10,327 nt of DNA from Gammaproteobacteria bacterium (GTDB taxonomy: Bacteria > Pseudomonadota > Gammaproteobacteria > GCA-001735895), in contig JBNKUM010000081.1 in NCBI GenBank assembly GCA_050298595.1, positions 1 through 10,327 of the forward strand, given 5' to 3'. This document shows positions 7,110 through 10,327 of this stretch, one piece after another. Made by a program: the position numbers and the translations under genes. The notes under the pieces were generated by a model, which saw nothing but the letters and a program-made list of their open reading frames with translations, ran no database searches and was not told where the DNA came from. Within the stretch, counting starts at the first letter, position 1. Every line of letters starts with the position of its first letter.

Positions 7110-8754
7110 AGTTAAACTCCTCATCACAAAAGGAGCTATGTATCTTCAATAACGCCATCAATCCATGCTGCACATTATCAATTCGAATGGAGTTGTCGTA
7201 GACAGTAGTTCTCAGCCCACCCAGCACCCTATCTACATGCTTAATATAAAAGCAATCAATCTCATCCTTGAACTGCAATTGCATGAGGCTACGAATGCCG
7301 CGAACTATGACGGTGCGGTAGTTTTCGGCACGAGCATGATCACCACACTCTTTTGCCAGTTCGAATGCATCGATTAAACCTTCTAGATAGACCCCTGTCG
7401 ATGATGCATGCGGTGGACCAAAATACGTACGAGCTGGATCGTAGAAACGTCCTTGCATATCATGGAATTCAACCGAATCCCATTGCTGCATGGACAGCAG
7501 CCAGTCGTTCATTTCGAATATGAATTCCTTAAGATGCTCATCTCTGGTGACTTGCCAAACCAGGAAATAGGCTTGTGTATGCCAGGGTATGAAGGCGGGG
7601 TTACGATTGTCTCGGTGCCAGACCCTGTAGTAGCGGAAAGCCGCCATAATGCGCGTCAGTTCATCTGGGTTGCGACTGATGCGGTAGCGCGACGCGAGAA
7701 ACAACAGCGCTTCTCCGGAGTAGAAATTCTGGTTGTCCTTGCGTTCGCGCGGGATAAAAAAGGTGTCGAATGATCCATCAGAATTACCTAGCGATTGAAT
7801 CAAGGCGTACAACGCATATTCCTCGCTCAGAAAACGCTTGCGCTGTGGCGATTCAAAAATGGCTAGAGCTGCCAGCGCAGCTGCTCCCAGCTTGGCACTG
7901 CCATTCATCCAGATATAGCCTAGTTTGCCTTCGCGCTTTAATGTGGTTGAAATGTTATATGCCAGATTTTTTGCAGCAATAGCGGCGAGTTGATCACTAC
8001 CGAACGACATAGCAGCACGACCAAGGCACACCGTCGCCATCCACTGGCGAATGGCGTTGTTGGAAGATGCATAAGAGCCCTGGCTGGGCCAGTACTTGTA
8101 CTGAGCAGCACCTGATTCATTTACTTGAAAAGCAAGCCAACGAGTCATGGCCTGGGCACAGCGCAAAACGCTTTGGTGGTTGACGGCACTCACTTCCACT
8201 ACACGGTTTCCTCGAAACATTTCAACGGGAACAGTTTGACCGTGAGACGCAGGGCTGTTATCGCAGAAAAGTTGTTTAGTTTGATATAAGGTAACAAGGA
8301 CAGTAGTTTGTAGAGTGCTTTTTGATCGAAGGCTCGCCATATGCAGACTGAGCGCTTTGTTGAAACTGAGGTTTCGGGCGAGCATCTCAACGGCCGCCCA
8401 GTGAGTAGTTTTACCACCATGGTCAATCAGCATCGCTTGCTTTCCGCGTAAGCTATTCCATTGATCTTTACTTTTCGGATTCAAATGACGAACTTGCGGT
8501 GAAAACAGCATTTCCAGTTCGAACGAAGTGGCGCTCGACATAACAGACCCTAACTCCTGTTCAAGGTGTTCTAATGTGTTCTCGCTCGCACCTATCCAGA
8601 CAGCACGCAACTTTTCGCCTTGATAGCGAGCACAGACGTAAAGCCAGTGAAATTCAAGTTCGTATTTTTCTCGTTCCCAAATTGCAAGGGCTTCGTGCAA
8701 ACGCTGAAGTGCTAGATTAGGGATATTGGTTAGTTCTGCAGCCAGGACGGTCAT
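7102..8754 (-). CDS. 550-aa hypothetical cytoplasmic protein; C-terminal two-thirds probably an alpha/alpha helical toroid (six-hairpin glycosidase/prenyltransferase-like), N-terminal third possibly AMMECR1-like
   Basis: Long ORF starting 1 bp after the hlyD stop with AAGGAG upstream. Repeated helical segments separated by G-x-F/Y turns (GAAQYKYWP, LGAAALAALA, NSDGSF, FYSGEALLFL, PWHTQAY, STGVYLEGL, GGLR, IRIDNVQHGLMAL). The CDS is solid; the fold call is tentative. Confidence 0.8.
   Translation of the reverse strand: MTVLAAELTNIPNLALQRLHEALAIWEREKYELEFHWLYVCARYQGEKLRAVWIGASENTLEHLEQELGSVMSSATSFELEMLFSPQVRHLNPKSKDQWNSLRGKQAMLIDHGGKTTHWAAVEMLARNLSFNKALSLHMASLRSKSTLQTTVLVTLYQTKQLFCDNSPASHGQTVPVEMFRGNRVVEVSAVNHQSVLRCAQAMTRWLAFQVNESGAAQYKYWPSQGSYASSNNAIRQWMATVCLGRAAMSFGSDQLAAIAAKNLAYNISTTLKREGKLGYIWMNGSAKLGAAALAALAIFESPQRKRFLSEEYALYALIQSLGNSDGSFDTFFIPRERKDNQNFYSGEALLFLASRYRISRNPDELTRIMAAFRYYRVWHRDNRNPAFIPWHTQAYFLVWQVTRDEHLKEFIFEMNDWLLSMQQWDSVEFHDMQGRFYDPARTYFGPPHASSTGVYLEGLIDAFELAKECGDHARAENYRTVIVRGIRSLMQLQFKDEIDCFYIKHVDRVLGGLRTTVYDNSIRIDNVQHGLMALLKIHSSFCDEEFNCE
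7117..7122 (-). promoter_or_regulatory. Shine-Dalgarno GAGGAG for the GTG start at 7109, embedded in the end of the upstream gene
   Basis: Minus strand reads GAGGAG-tttaact-GTG AAT AAT. Confidence 0.7.
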
Positions 8755-8755
8755 A

Positions 8756-10168
8756 TCAGCGCTCCTTCAATGACTCTTGTCCATGACGCAATAAAGGCGC
8801 CATAAAAAACTCAATAATGCGTCTATGCCCAGTTTGCACTTCAGCCGTAACCGCCATACCCGGCTTAAGCTTCACATCTGTTCCATTTACCCTGATTGTG
8901 TTCGCATTCATTTTTATCTGCATGCCATATATCAACCCACGCTGCTCATCCACTGTTGCATCGTTTGATACAGACATTACTTCGCCCTCTATGACCCCAT
9001 ATTTAGTAAAAGGAAAAGTCTGTACCTTGATTTCCGCAGGCATGCCTTCTCGCACAAAACCGATGTCTTTATTTTCCAGCATGACCTGAACTTCCAGAAA
9101 TTCTTCATCGGGTACAATCTGCATCAGTTGCTGCGCTTCGGTTACTACACCACCCTCGGTACTAATCGCCAGTTCTTTCACCTGACCTGATACAGGGGCA
9201 TACAAAATTCGTTTCTGGTTGATGTCGCTTGCTTTTTTTAACTCTTCTTTTATTGAAGCAATCTGGCGCTGGTATTCTGCAACAGCACTTAACTGGGTTG
9301 CCAGACCTTCAGCTTCCATGACCTTTATCCTCTGTCTGGTTTCACCCTGAGAGGCTTTTAACTGATTGAGGCGGTATTTTTCTGCTGATAAGTCCTGGGT
9401 TTTCTCTATCCGTTCCTGCTTTAGTTGCAGGTAATCCATTTCTGAAGCAAATTTATTGGCGTACAGGTCTTGTATGTTTTTTGTTCTTTGCGTGACAATC
9501 GGCAGGGTTTGTTCGAGCTTTTGTATATTCGCCTGCGTTGCGTTTTGCTCTGCCTCGTTTCTTTCGAGTTCACTTTTTAATGCCTGTAGCTGTGCTCGAT
9601 ATTGTTGCCACTGCTGCCAAACTAGCTGTCTATACAGTTGAACTTCCTGTGCATCTGCCTGCGGGATTTCTTCAAGCTGGATTTGCGATAGTTGTATTTT
9701 ATTTTGTTCCTTTTCATTCAGTGCAAACAAAATGGCCAGCGCTTTGCTTAGTGATAACTGTAGCTGTGCAGCATTCAGCTCATTACTTAACCGATCCTGA
9801 TCCGCCAGCGTTGTAGTACTGTCCATCTCTACCAGCGCCTGTCCTTTGCTGACATTCTCTCCTTCATGCACCAATATTTTCTTGATCACGGCTTTTTCTA
9901 AAGGCTGAATCTGTTTGACCCTGGAGCTGGGGATTATCTTGCCTTCTGCCGAGGCGACGATATTGACTTCACCAAAATAGGCCCAGACGATGCCTAATGT
10001 TATCAGTATCAACAGGCTGCGTGATACCCAGCGTGTTAATGGGTGTGGTGGTGCTTCCTGTATTTCGAGTGCTGCGGGTAAGAATGCACTCATTTCACGT
10101 GATTTGTTGCTATCGCCCAACTTGTCTCGATTGGCCCAGGAGTCTTTCAGTACGGCTAGTGCGCTCAT
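8756..10168 (-). CDS. hlyD: HlyD-family type I secretion membrane fusion (periplasmic adaptor) protein, 470 aa
   Basis: AFLPAALEIQEAPP motif, single N-terminal TM, GKIIPSSRVKQIQPLE, long coiled coil, APVSGQV, GGVVTEAQQLMQIVP, NKDIGFV, FPFTKYG, PGMAVTAEVQTGHRRII. Confidence 0.97.
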   Translation of the reverse strand: MSALAVLKDSWANRDKLGDSNKSREMSAFLPAALEIQEAPPHPLTRWVSRSLLILITLGIVWAYFGEVNIVASAEGKIIPSSRVKQIQPLEKAVIKKILVHEGENVSKGQALVEMDSTTTLADQDRLSNELNAAQLQLSLSKALAILFALNEKEQNKIQLSQIQLEEIPQADAQEVQLYRQLVWQQWQQYRAQLQALKSELERNEAEQNATQANIQKLEQTLPIVTQRTKNIQDLYANKFASEMDYLQLKQERIEKTQDLSAEKYRLNQLKASQGETRQRIKVMEAEGLATQLSAVAEYQRQIASIKEELKKASDINQKRILYAPVSGQVKELAISTEGGVVTEAQQLMQIVPDEEFLEVQVMLENKDIGFVREGMPAEIKVQTFPFTKYGVIEGEVMSVSNDATVDEQRGLIYGMQIKMNANTIRVNGTDVKLKPGMAVTAEVQTGHRRIIEFFMAPLLRHGQESLKER

Positions 10169-10327
10169 ACCTCTCCCCTGTTGATGGCATGGCGGTTTTG
10201 ATCAACCGCTGTCTGCTGTTTGTTCTGCGAATCTACCGGGTGAAGATGCGGTGTGTGGCTCTGGTAACCGTGTAGCCTTGCGTAATAGCCATTCAGATGG
10301 ATCAGTTGATCGTGATTGCCCTGTTCT
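10165..10327 (-). CDS. hlyB: 3' end of an HlyB-type T1SS ABC transporter (5'-truncated by the window edge)
   Basis: Manual translation: EQGNHDQLIHLNGYYARLHGYQSHTPHLHPVDSQNKQQTAVDQNRHAINRGEV*. It begins with the typical E.G.H..L....G.Y..L...Q tail of ABC exporter NBDs. Its TGA overlaps the hlyD ATG (ATGA). Confidence 0.85.
   Translation of the reverse strand, partial: EQGNHDQLIHLNGYYARLHGYQSHTPHLHPVDSQNKQQTAVDQNRHAINRGEV

Noticed and set aside
7110-7127. ORF-track start at 7127 for the fusion gene
   Set aside because: No SD seen upstream of it and it overlaps the previous gene by 26 bp; the in-frame GTG at 7109 has a well-spaced GAGGAG.
4175-10275. Remaining short ORFs of 60-121 aa on either strand
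   Set aside because: Nested in or antisense to long, motif-supported minus-strand genes, with no recognisable features.

Overview
All real genes lie on the minus strand in one tightly packed, apparently co-transcribed type I secretion (T1SS) locus. In transcription order: the 3' end of an HlyB-type ABC transporter; an HlyD membrane-fusion protein; a 550-aa helical protein of unknown function; a ~1100-aa fusion of a MurF-like ligase, a PBP/peptidase-S11 domain whose catalytic Ser is replaced by Ala, and a CapA/PGA_cap domain; a 166-aa exported protein; and a large RTX protein. The RTX ORF starts at 3229, is absent from the ORF track because it runs off the left edge, and has at least 1076 codons. 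By manual translation it contains a lysozyme/lytic-transglycosylase-like domain, a (DPT)n linker, LysM, an acidic domain, a (Gly-Asp)69 tether, a FrpC/ApxIVA-type Asp-Pro self-processing module (D530|P531) and RTX nonapeptide repeats. My best reading (inference) is a T1SS-exported, self-cleaving and possibly self-crosslinking peptidoglycan-degrading antibacterial toxin with an upstream periplasmic immunity gene. An AT-rich block covers the fusion gene, the small gene and the toxin head, suggesting a swappable cassette. Domain calls come from motif recognition by eye; no database searches were run.
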